Assembly: GCA_032718475.1 (NCBI GenBank)
Contig: JAUCBJ010004465.1
Location: 12,864 to 76,863, forward strand
Direction: 5' to 3'
DNA length: 64,000 nt
Source of the DNA: Nemertoderma westbladi
Lineage: Eukaryota; Animalia; Xenacoelomorpha
Shown: positions 25,601 through 36,891 of the stretch, piece by piece
Layout of the letters: each line of letters opens with the position of its first letter
How positions within the stretch are numbered: the stretch's first letter is position 1
Program-made: the position numbers and the translations under genes
Notes under the pieces: model-generated
Told to the model about the DNA's origin: nothing
What the model saw: only the letters and a program-made list of their open reading frames with translations
The model's database searches: none

Positions 25601-28600
25601 CAGCCTTCACATTGGTGGAGAATTGGGTGGCTGAAGAGATAGGACTAAAGACAAGGCCAAGTAGGATGGCGGTAACAACCATCTCCAGCAAAGATGAGGT
25701 CCTGGAGATGAGAACGGGACGGTGCGAGATAGCAGCGATAGCAGCGATAGCACCGGGATGCGATTATGGGGCGACCATCGACCCCATCCAGGTAATAGAA
25801 TTGATCAACATCAACACCAGGCGACCAACCAACATCGAGGTCGAACAATACAGATTCCTGGACAGCATCGATTTCTCGATACCAGAGGTGGACGTTAGGA
25901 AGGTATCCATTATAGTGGGAATGGACTGCCTGACAGCCCACGAGAGAATGCAGACGGTCTTCGGCGAAGACAGACAGCATGACCTGATGGCAATTTTAAC
26001 ACCATTCGGGTGGACGCTAAGCGGCCCAATTAGAACCAAGATTCCGTTTAGGATGTCGGAGACATCAGGGTGCATGTTCGCAGGAACTATGAGGGAGATG
26101 GAGGATGAAGGAGTGGAGGAGCAACTCAAGAGACTGCTCAGACAAGACTTTGAGGGACTAAAGGAGACCGGGGTCGGAACCTCGGTAGAGGATAAACAAG
26201 CGATACAAAGCGTAAAGGAGTCGATGAGATGCGACGAGAGCGGTACACCATAGGCATGGTGTGGAAACAACCAAAATTACCGCTACCTGAGAACAAGGGA
26301 ATGGTACTCATGAGGCTTCGTAAACTGAAGCAAACGCTGAAACGGAGCACCGAGAAGGATGAGTACATCCATAAGACGATAAAGAAGTATGTCGAGAAAG
26401 GATGGGCCGTGGAGTTGCCAGTCGACGAACCGAACACGGACAGGACCTATTACTTGCCACTTCACGTGGCTCTAGATCCAAAAAAAGGTAAATTGCGGAT
26501 GGTAGTTGACGCATTGGCTAAAACCAACGGCAAGTGCCTAAACGACTATCTGCTAGAGGGCCCCAATATCTATAACACGGGAATCGAGGTCCTACTGAGA
26601 TCCGTGTTACGGAGGAGGATAGTGACAGCCAGCGCTTCCTATGGTACAACGGCGACGAGGAACCATCGATAATACCAATGTACAAGATGGTGGTGCAGAA
26701 CATGGGGGCCAAGTCGTCCTCGTTTACGACGACTGTGGCTGTAAGAGATACAGTAGAGGGGAAAGTGGGGAAGTATAGCGCCAAAGCGGTCAATATGATT
26801 CAATGCGGCTTCTATGTAGACGACGGAATGGAGCCTGGAAACACGGTTAAAGAACTACTGGATACAGGGTGCGAGGTTCGCGACATCCTGAAGGGATGTC
26901 CTGAAGGGAGGGACATCCTGAGGAGTTTATGAAAGCCATAGAGGACAGACGACCGGAGTCGACCATGGATAACCCTACAACAGCCAAGGGACAGGACATG
27001 GCGAACAAGAGAGTAGAGTCTCAGCAGAAGGCACTGGGGATTGTGTGGAACCGGGAGACAGATGAGCTCAAATATCAACTGAGCCAGGAGGGCGCGGACA
27101 TCCACACAAAGAGGGGCTATGTATCGTACATAGCAAGGATATATGATCCCCTAGGCTTAGCATCCCCACTGTTAGTCACGGGGAAACAGATTCTTAAGAA
27201 AGTATATAAGCTAAAGGACGAATGGGATACAGAGGTCCTGGAAGAAATCAGCAAGCAGTGGAGTAAGTGGACGGAGAGTTTAGAACAGATGGGGACGTAC
27301 AGCATGCCACGCGTGTATTTCCCGGATGGGGACATGACGGATCTGGATCTATACATGTTCTCCGATGCATCATTGGAAGCATACGGGGCGGCACTCTACC
27401 TAGTACATCGAGAGGGGGCTCATACGCCCAGACTTGCATTTAGCAAAGCAAAGTCGACGCTGCCAGATTCAGCATCAGTCCCGAAACTCGAGTTGACAGC
27501 TGCAAGATTAGGAGTAAGGGCCACAGCCTACTTGATGGACACTATTCCCAACATAGTGGAAACACACTACTGGACGGACTCCATGGTAGTGCTTGGTTGG
27601 CTGCACAATGAGAAGACGAGATACCCTATATTCGTCACAAATAGGGTGGACGAAATAAGGGCGACGACAGAGTTGGAAAGGTGGCACTACTGCCCAACGG
27701 ACGAGAACCCAGCAGACTTGTTATCGAGGGGCGTGGCACGCCACACTTTCTTAAAGAAGGAAGTATTGTGGCAGCACGGGCCACAGTTCCTGAACGATAG
27801 GGCGGCCTGGCCACCGATGAAGAAGGTGGACCCGGGCTCAGAGGAAGTAGCACCAGAGGAAGAGGGAGAAGACTCAGAAGGTGAAGAGATATATAGTCAG
27901 ATGGCGGGGGAGATCAGGGGGGGCAACCAAAATTAGAAGAACCATGCGACAACCCGACGGATAAGCTCCTCAGCTACAGCTCAAGCTGGTACAAGACCAA
28001 GAAGTTGGTAGCGTACTGGAGGGCCTTCGGGGATTTCCTCAAGGGAGTTGGCAAGGATGCCAAGAGGAAACCAAACATCGATCTGGAGGGAGTGGCCAAG
28101 GCCGTGATACGGTATGAACAGAGAAAGAACTACGGCGACGAAATGGAACGCATCGGCAAACAACAACATCTTCGCCGGAACAGCGAGCTCATCATGCTGT
28201 CACCACAACTCAATGATGATGGGATTCTAGTAATGAACTCCAGAGTGCTGAATAACAACAGCCTCATCATCCCACCGAAACCCATTATCATCCCAAACAG
28301 ATCGCCGATAGTCCACCAGATCATTTGGAACTCCCACAAGTCGATATTGCACGGGGGCACCAACCAGACCCTCACGGAGATACGGAGGACCTTCTGGGTC
28401 ACGCAGCTAAGAAAGAAGGTGAAGGCGGTAGTGGGGCAGTGCCAGACCTGCCGACGGGCGAGAAAGGAGCGGGCCGTACAGGAGATGGCGCCATTACAGG
28501 CCAGTAGGGTGAGACAGCACGACCCGCCATTCACGCACTGCGGCGTAGATATGTTCGGGCCGATAAAGATCAAGGTGATGCGACACACGGTGAAACGCTA

Positions 28601-29421
28601 CGGCATCATCTTCGTATGTAACAACACGAGGGTGGTAGGAATAGAACTCGCCCAAGACGCAACCGCATCGGCATTCATCAATGCCCTAGAGAGGTTCAGG
28701 GACCGCAAAGGTGGGACGATCACAGTGATCTATTCCGACAATGGAACCAACTTTGTGTGGGCGGAGAACGAGCTGGCGGAGGCCTTGGACATCCTGGAAG
28801 GAGAGGAAGTCAGGGCAGCCATGAGGAGATGACAGGTGAAGTGGGAAAGGATTTTGGATGCGTCGAGAGACTCGTGGGTAGTTCCAAGCATCTGATGACG
28901 AAGTTGATGAACACCCACATGGTGACAGAAGATATACTAAGGACAGTGCTAGCTAAGTGCGAGGGTATCATCAATAGCAGACCGCTATACCCAGAAAATG
29001 ACGACCCAGAATCACTAGATGTGCTGACACCCAGTCATTTCTGATGGAAAGGCCGGCGACCATCGACATGCGGGGTGTAGACCCAGATGACATACACTCC
29101 CGGCAGAGCTGGAAAGTCGCTAAGGCGATAAGCGCAGAGTACTGGAGGAGGTGGGTCGAGGAATACCTACCCACATTACATAGGAGGAGCAAGTGGAGAA
29201 ATACCACTAGAGAATTAAAGAAAGGGGATTTGGTGATTGTCATGGACAACACAATCATCAACAATCAATGGAGGCTAGCAAGAGTAGTAGACACTTACTC
29301 CGACGAGGACGGAAGAGTGCGATCGGTGGAAGTGCGGATAGGGGGTAAGATAGGAGCGAAAGACAGGAAGACCTACAGGAGGGCCGTAGGTAAATGTTGC
29401 CTGCTAGAAGGGGCACCATAG
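22604..29421 (+). pseudogene. Element A gag-pol remainder: gag, protease, RT, RNase H and integrase, with frameshifts and deletions
   Basis: PFKFDGSRPEEY gag core, CHRCVAGGHRADQC knuckle, LVDSGA protease, YVDD RT, FSDASLEAYG RNase H, and CGVDMFGP/SDNGTNF integrase motifs. Confidence 0.93.
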
Positions 29422-29584
29422 TGTTTAGTCGTCCAAGTGTTGGACTGAGGGGGGTGGGATTGAGGGCGAGACGCCCTTCCCCACACAAAATATAAAAAAA
29501 AATAATAAAATAATAGAAAGAGAGTAAGAGTAAGAGAAAGGAAAGTAATAGTACATAGTACGTAGTAGTAAGTAAGTAGGCAGA

Positions 29585-30235
29585 TAGAAGTTAGTTAGAG
29601 AGTTAGTAAGAGTAGTAAGAGGGTACGTAGTACCGTTAGAAGAGTTAGTAGTAAGAGGGTACGTAGTACCGTTAGTGGAGTTAGTTAGTAGTAAGAGGGT
29701 ACGTAGTACCGTTAGAAGAGTTAGTAGTAAGAGGGTACGTAGTAACATTAGAAGAGTTAGTAGTAAGAGGGTACGTAGTACCGTTAGTGGAGTTAGTTTG
29801 TAGTAAGAGGGTACGTAGTACTGTTAGAAGAGTTAGTAGTAAGAGGGTACGTAGTACCGTTAGAAGAGTTAGTAGTAAGAAGGTACGTAGTACCGTTAGT
29901 GGAGTTAGTTAGTAGTAAGAGGGTACATAGTACCATTAGAAGAGTTAGTAGTAAGAGGGTACATAGTACCATTACAGGAGTTAGTTAGAGAGTAAGATGG
30001 TACGTAGTACCATTAGAGGAGTTAGTTACAGAGTAAGAGGGTACGTGTTGTACCGTTAGTAAGAGTTAGTAGGAGTTAGTTAGAGTGTTAGTAAGAGATA
30101 GTAAGAGTTAGTAGGAGTGTTAGTAAGAGTTAGTAAGAGTTAGTAGGAGTTAGTTAGAGTGTTAGTAAGTGTTAGTAAGAGTTAGTAGGAGTGTTAGTAA
30201 GAGTTAGTAGAGTTAGAGAATTAGTAGGGTTAGTA
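29585..30235 (+). repeat. Purine-rich tandem repeats (GAGTTAGTAGTAAGAGGGTACGTAGTACCGTTA, about 36-40 bp) between integrase and ORF3
   Basis: Directly visible; a related array lies at 62840-63945. Confidence 0.9.
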
Positions 30236-30738
30236 GTGAGAAGTGAGGGGGGCACGTGGGTACAGCAGGACAGACCGTGTATGCCGCACGAGACATACTA
30301 CTGTAACGCACAGCCCGTAGAGTAGGTCAGAATGTTTGATACAGGGCCAGGAGGTTACCTGGTGCAGACTAGCACAGTAAGGAGTAGCTGGTCCATCCTG
30401 TATACAAACCATAGGGGTTATTAAAATACCTATAATCTATTATAGGTATTGATAGCACAGTTATAGAATTAAAATTAATATAAAAAGAATCAAAATTCGA
30501 CAAATTATAGCAACAGTAGGTAAAATGTTCTAGAAGATAATAAAAGTAGACAAATTTAGGGAATTTAGGAAAATTTAGTACTTTAGGGGGTAAAATAGGG
30601 AAAATATAACACATAATCTAGCGTTCTGAGAGAGATAGGCAATTATCGGACCATACAGACCATCCTAACTACATCACTCACTTATATTGAGCCTTGGCAA
30701 GGCACCACCTTATAGGTGAGCGATCGGGAGCATTTGAA

Positions 30739-33300
30739 ATGGCGGAGAAACTTGTTAGAAAGAGAAAGGCGGAAATGGGTGGAAAGGAGATACTAGTAGA
30801 CTTCACCGAGAGGCATCCAGAGGAGAAGACGGGGGGATACTACGAGCGGTTAGAAAAGGGTCACAAGGCGCGAACGCTGCAGGACCATTTCAGAGAGGTG
30901 CACGAGAGGCGACTGGTCGGGACCTACAGGACGCCGTCGCTAGACAACGCGATCCTCGAGCATTTCCACTACGTGGTGAAGGGAGACGAGGCGAAGTTCG
31001 GGATACCAAAGTATCCGAGGGAACCACCGATAAAGGACTGGAAGAGGTTCGTAGAGTACGTCAGCAGGGGAGGATACATGGTCCTAGACGACAAAGGGAC
31101 CGTGGAAGACGACGAGGGTTCGAGGAGAGGGTCGGCGGGGTTGGCCAGAACCATACTTCTGCATTTGGCTGCGCCAAATGGGGACATATTCCTGTTCGAT
31201 CTGGGAACATATGGGAAGAAGAATGGGCCGAAGTTAAACCGGTTGCCAAGGGCGGTGCATAACATAGTAAGAGAGAAGTCGATGATAAAGGTGGGATCGG
31301 CGATCCGCAACGATGCGGAGAGTATCATCGATCCGGAGACCCCCAACCTCCTGGACATGCAAATGGTCTACATGGCTATGACAGGGCCAGCAGGGTTGGG
31401 ATTAGTAGAAAACATAGGACATTGTGGAGCGGTTGCGATGGGCCAGCTAATGGGGCTCGTCTGCCACAAGCCAATGGACTGGGGTAAATTCAGGGAGGAG
31501 TACGGAGCGGAGTTGGCGAACTCGCTGAAGTGGGGAGCGAGGCCGGGGAAACAGGAGGTGTATCAATTCCGGAGAGGAGCGATAAAGATATATCAGAAGC
31601 GATATATCCTGCAGGAGGATTGGATAATGATAGGTTTACTAAACCTATTCATGGCCATGGTTATCGAAAGAGAGCCAACGGCGTTTCTGCTATCGGGATC
31701 ACCCCTGAACTACAGAAGAGCCTTCAAAGTGGCTTTCGAGGGTCCAGTAGACCACCCGGGGCTGAAGGGCGAGTCGGTATACTACAACTGCCGATATCTA
31801 GTAGACAGGGAGGTGGATACACCATATCAGAGGTGGGAGAAGCTAGAGGCGGATAGACAAGAGGAGAAGCGATTGGAAGAAATCGCTAGACGAGAAAGGA
31901 TGGATGCAGATGAAAGAGAGGCGGAAGATAGAGGAGAGGGCTACGGGTTCGACGCCCAGGCCTTGGACGATTTACAGTGGGCATCAGGGAGCTCAGGCGA
32001 GTCTCTGGGGCGAGAGTTGGGGTGGACAGAAGGATCGCTGAAACAGTCGACATCGGGATTGCAGACGACGCCCATGCCAGCGGGCGCCGAGGGCGATTTC
32101 GCGAAGAGAAGGCCAGGGGAACTGGAAGGATGGAAAGTCACGGGCGAGAGCCAAGGTGGGAAGGGACACTGTGGGTCTACCGGGATACCGGGTTTGGAGC
32201 CACTCCCAGCGGAGGATGAGGATGACGACGAGTTCGGAGAGATGCCGCCCATCGGGAGAATCGGCCACTCAGACACGGACTGTGTTGGCGGGAGAGTGGT
32301 GATGGCCAGCGGGGCGAGGGCTTTCTGGGATAAACCCAGCAAGTGGGCCTGGGTGCATGAGGAGCCGGCGATGGATTTCGCGGGGAGCACCATCAGGTTG
32401 GGCGAGCAACCGGGAATGGCACCACGGGTAGTATTCGGAGAGACGATGCCCAGGCGAGACGAGGACATAGACGTGGACAGAGACGTTAACGTCCAGAAGT
32501 TTGCTTACCAGCGGCTCCATAGACCGAGGAGATCGCTTGGGGTGAAGGACGACTTGGGGCGGGACGCGTTGGTACTCGGCTGCGATTACTGTGGGAGGCT
32601 TACTCACCAGGAAAGGAGCTGCTTGTATCGATTCCAGAAGGGGACAAGCTGCCTCTACTGCCGCGAGTCGAGTCATAGGATGGGAGAGTGTCCACGGTTG
32701 CACAAACGGTGTTCTAAGTGCAACTTCCGGGGGCACTATGGATGCCAGTGCGACTGGATGGACGACGAGGAGAAGTTTAAGATCTTCGAGGAGTGGGCCG
32801 ATGTCGGCGTCATGACGCGGCAGCGGATGAAGGCCCAGGAATTCCGGTGGGGTTTCTTTAATATTAACAAGGAGGCCCACCTGGAAATCATCAAACGGAG
32901 GTTTCCTTTTACTTATCAAGAAGTATCAATGGCAGCATCGTATGCGGGAGTGATGAATACACAGAGGTATTTAGACAGATGGGCACCAGAGAACCGAGGA
33001 GAGTTCAGAGATTTCCTGGCGGAGCATGTGCCACGGGCCAGGAAGGTGATCCTATGGGACGCCACTAGGGGGAAGCAGCAGGGGCATTCAGAGGGGCCAC
33101 CTGCGAAGCGATACCGGGAGCTAATAACAACAGCGCCCAAGGAATCGACGACGGGAATCAGTAGGGAAGTAACAGCAAGGATGAGGAACCTTAAGGAGGA
33201 GAAGGGCAAGGGAGCGGCGACAACCAGGAAGCGACCGAGACAAGACGACGACAGAGGGAAGGAACTGAGATGGTTCCCAAAGACAGGAGGAGCGAACTAG
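30739..33300 (+). CDS. Element A ORF3, about 853 aa from the first ATG: DEDDy/WRN-like 3'-5' exonuclease domain plus three CCHC zinc knuckles
   Basis: Uninterrupted ORF. Motifs YMVLDDKG, LLHLAAPNGDIFLFDL, LPRAVHNIVREKSMIKVGSAIRND and QKRYILQED resemble ExoI/II/III. Three CX2CX4HX4C motifs at 32581-32751. The domain call is by eye. Confidence 0.72.
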   Translation: MAEKLVRKRKAEMGGKEILVDFTERHPEEKTGGYYERLEKGHKARTLQDHFREVHERRLVGTYRTPSLDNAILEHFHYVVKGDEAKFGIPKYPREPPIKDWKRFVEYVSRGGYMVLDDKGTVEDDEGSRRGSAGLARTILLHLAAPNGDIFLFDLGTYGKKNGPKLNRLPRAVHNIVREKSMIKVGSAIRNDAESIIDPETPNLLDMQMVYMAMTGPAGLGLVENIGHCGAVAMGQLMGLVCHKPMDWGKFREEYGAELANSLKWGARPGKQEVYQFRRGAIKIYQKRYILQEDWIMIGLLNLFMAMVIEREPTAFLLSGSPLNYRRAFKVAFEGPVDHPGLKGESVYYNCRYLVDREVDTPYQRWEKLEADRQEEKRLEEIARRERMDADEREAEDRGEGYGFDAQALDDLQWASGSSGESLGRELGWTEGSLKQSTSGLQTTPMPAGAEGDFAKRRPGELEGWKVTGESQGGKGHCGSTGIPGLEPLPAEDEDDDEFGEMPPIGRIGHSDTDCVGGRVVMASGARAFWDKPSKWAWVHEEPAMDFAGSTIRLGEQPGMAPRVVFGETMPRRDEDIDVDRDVNVQKFAYQRLHRPRRSLGVKDDLGRDALVLGCDYCGRLTHQERSCLYRFQKGTSCLYCRESSHRMGECPRLHKRCSKCNFRGHYGCQCDWMDDEEKFKIFEEWADVGVMTRQRMKAQEFRWGFFNINKEAHLEIIKRRFPFTYQEVSMAASYAGVMNTQRYLDRWAPENRGEFRDFLAEHVPRARKVILWDATRGKQQGHSEGPPAKRYRELITTAPKESTTGISREVTARMRNLKEEKGKGAATTRKRPRQDDDRGKELRWFPKTGGAN

Positions 33301-34068
33301 AACTTGGAGGGGGAGATGTGGGGATGCCTGGAAGGCACCACATGCGAAGTAATACGAACTCCTAAGTGCAAATTTAATAAAAGTGCAATTAGTATGTACG
33401 TATGTAATAATCAATAGAATAATAATCATATAATCAATATCCAATATAGTCAAAGTAAGTAGTATAGTCATGTAACCTTTTTTCCAACTAGCTACTGGGA
33501 CTGGGGACCAATCGATTATAACAGGAGGACGGGAGACTAGACGAGACACTACACACTTCACACTTCTTAAGTGCGACGGCACGGAAGGGGAGGGTGAGGT
33601 TCGTCAGGAGTGAATGGGATAAAGTGAGTAAGGGTTGAGATCGCAGGGGAGATAGTGAGAGGTGGTGTTGAGGCGTGTGGAGAGAGTACGGGTGCGATTC
33701 AAATGTGGGGGGGGGGGGGGGGGGGAGTAAGAGGCAGAGTAAGGGACAAAGAGGTCCGAAAGTGGAGTGGAGTTAGAGTGGAAGTAGAGAGAAGTTAGAG
33801 TCAGTTTAGAGTGGAGTGGAGATTTAAAAATTGTGTGAGAGGAGTCCACAATTGTCTCGAACCGAGACGCCAGATGTCTTGGTGCAACATAGATTGGGGT
33901 TGCACCAAGACGGGGTAGTAATATCATACCCAGAGGGAGCGGCCTGGAAAGCCGACTCCAAGTAAAAGAATTCCACCCCACACCCGATAGTAGATCGGGT
34001 TCCAGCGGAATTGAAGCGCACTCATTGGTGATGCTATCTTCTCACCGGGAAGATAGCATGGGGGGGAG

Positions 34069-34667
34069 TGTGAGCGGATTCAATTCCGCCTCATTACCCC
34101 CATAAAGTTGGGAAGTGGCGCCTTTTTCAGCAATATTGGAGATACGAGATTGATAACAACCAATCTCGTATCACACCAATAACGGGGATAACACATACCC
34201 CAAAAGCCACACAAAGGGAGGTTAGAGGTCAAACCACCTCGAGAGGGCCAGTAACCAACAGCGGGGGGGGGGGGGGGGGAAGCACTCCCACAGAGGTGAG
34301 AGGCGTGAAGTAGGTTATGAGCCAATGAGAGCGGGGGAGAGTATCCACTGGACAAAGGCCACAGTAGTGTACTAATTATACATATATTATCCTGCTACCG
34401 GTCAGTTAATCAGTTTACTCAGTCATTCAGTTCAGTGCAGACCGGTGATATCTTTTACCGTCACCGTCACCGTCACCACATATCATCAATATTATCACTA
34501 CCGGTACACTGGTATTATCAATATCATATTAACTGTGCTACTATTTACTATTCATATTATCAATTATCGATCGAATATCAAGACGGTAACAACAAACTTT
34601 ATATCATTTCAAATACCACGGTGACGCGTAATCTGACAACCGGTCGGGATCCCTTGATCCCGTCACA
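34069..34667 (+). repeat. 3' LTR of element A (about 600 bp)
   Basis: Follows the PPT, ends in CA, and is followed by the TSD. Confidence 0.95.
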
Positions 34668-36090
34668 ACTTCCGGTTCACAGGTACTGAATTGAATCCGA
34701 CTTCTGGTACACAGATACTGCATTGAATCATACTTCCGGTTCACAGGCACTGCATTGAATCCTACTTCCGGTACACAGGTACTGCATTGAATCCTACTTC
34801 CGGTACACAGGTACTGCATTGAATACTACTTCCGGTTCACAGGTACTGCATTGAATCCTACTTCCGGTACACAGGTACTGCATTGAGTCCTACTTCCGGT
34901 TCACAGGTACTGCATTGAATCCTACCTCCGGTACACAGGAACTGAATTGAATCCTACTTCCGGTTCATAGGTACTGCATTGAATCATACTTATGGTATAC
35001 AGGTACTGTACTGCATTGAATCCTACTTCCGGTACACAGATACTGCATTGAATCCTACTTCCGGTACACAGGTACTGCATTGAATCATACTTCCGGTATA
35101 CAGGTACTGTACTGTATTGAATCCCACTTCCGGAACACATGTACTGCATTGAATCCTACTTCCGGTACACAGGTACTGCATTGAATCCTACTTCCGGTTC
35201 ACAGCTACTGCATTGAACCCTACTTCCGGTTCACAGGTACTGCATTGAATCATACTTCCGGTACACAGGTACTGCATTGAATCCTACTTCCGGTACACAG
35301 GTACTGCATTGAATCCTACTTCCGGTACACAGGCACTTCATTGAATCCTACTTCCGGTTCATAGGTACTGCATTGAATCATACTTCTGGTATACAGGTAC
35401 TGTACTGCATTGAATCCTACTTCCGGTACACAGGTACTGCATTGAATCCTACTTCCGGTACACAGGTACTGCATTGAATCCTACTTCCGGTTCACAGGTA
35501 CTGAATTGAATCCTACTTCTGGTACACAGATACTGCATTGAATCATACTTCCGGTTCACAGGCACTGCATTGAATCCTACTTTCGGTACACAGGTACTGC
35601 ATTGAATCCTACTTCCGGTACACAGGTACTGCATTGAATCCTACTTCCGGTACACAGGTACTGCATTGAATCCTACTTCCGGTTCACAGGTACTGAATTG
35701 AATCCTACTTCTGGTACACAGATACTGCATTGAATCATACTTCAGGTTCACAGGCACTGCATTGAATCCTACTTCCGGTACACAGATACTGCATTGAATC
35801 CTACTTCCGGTACACAGGTACTGCATTGAATCATACTTCCGGTATACAGGTACTGTACTGTATTGAATCCTTCTTCCGGAACACATGTACTGCATTGAAT
35901 CCTACTTCCGGTACACAGGTACTGCATTGAATCCTACTTCCGGTACACAGCTACTGCATTGAACCCTACTTCCGGTTCACAGGTACTGCATTGAATCATA
36001 CTTCCGGTACACAGGTACTGCATTGAATCCTACTTCCGGTACACAGCTACTGCATTGAATCCTACTTCCGGTTCACAGGTACTGCATTGA
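34668..36090 (+). repeat. 32-bp minisatellite, right part, about 44 units; the last unit overlaps the exon start
   Basis: Same unit as 1391-2420. Confidence 0.97.
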
Positions 36091-36259
36091 GAGAGCAGCT
36101 GTCCACACTGCTCATATATTTACCACAGTTTCCGACGTTACTGGTTTTGAGGCGGAACATCTATTAAAGCGAAAACCCGACTTTATCACACCGAATGGAC
36201 TCAACCTTAAGCTATTCCCTAACATCAATGAGATACAGGAACTCCACACTGAAGCTAAG
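36079..36259 (+). CDS. GYS: Glycogen synthase (GT3) internal exon
   Basis: (R)[42 protein letters not shown]...; CAG acceptor and GT donor. Confidence 0.93.
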
Positions 36260-36622
36260 GTCAGTTAATACGGTTCTAAAACTCTCTTACTTTATTCCCA
36301 TGTCAAAAAGTTATTACATTATTTAATTCTTCAAAAAAATACCTTTATTAGTGAATTATAAAGGAAGATGACGTATATAAGTTGCTCTTTCAATCCCGGC
36401 GGGATATAAAGTGTGATATTGAGATAATGCGAAAATGTTGGCAGACTTCTTTCGTACGCCAAACCATTTTATATTATAAGTCGAACTGCTCAATCAGCCA
36501 CCGTAGGCTAATTAATTAAATGCCTAGTGGGGGTGGGGGGGAGGTCGATGTCCTGGAGTGGCACTTGTCCTCGGGTGGCCCTTGTTGTGATCTTATGTTA
36601 TTATATATAGTTGTTATTTCAG

Positions 36623-36780
36623 GATAAAATTAACGACTTTGTCCAGGGACATTTCCATGGTAATATAACCTCCGATGCCAACGACACTCTGTATTTCTTC
36701 ATTGCTGGACGATACGAGTTCATTAACAAGGGAGTAGATATATTCCTCCAAGCTCTAGCTAAACTCGAAAAGATAATCAG
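36623..36780 (+). CDS. GYS: Glycogen synthase internal exon
   Basis: [13 protein letters not shown]...[24 protein letters not shown]; TTTCAG and GT boundaries in compatible phase. Confidence 0.95.
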
Positions 36781-36891
36781 GTTTGGTTTATCACTGGTGT
36801 ATATCAGTTGACTGTAATTTGTAAGCGGATCCATTCCGTTATACACTTCCTACCAATAAATGGGGGGTGAACTGATTTATCAATCAGTTAA

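Larger units (their letters stand above)
2421..34667 (+). mobile_element. BEL/Pao LTR retrotransposon A (decayed gag-pol, extra ORF3, nested insertions)
   Basis: Matching TG...CA LTRs at 2421-4131 and 34069-34667. 5-bp TSD ACTTC at 2416-2420 and 34668-34672. PPT GGGGGGGAG at 34060-34068. Pao-type gag-PR-RT-RH-IN order. Confidence 0.95.

Noticed and set aside
30739-33300. ORF3 as an envelope gene
   Set aside because: No evident signal peptide or C-terminal transmembrane anchor; it has nucleic-acid-binding motifs instead.
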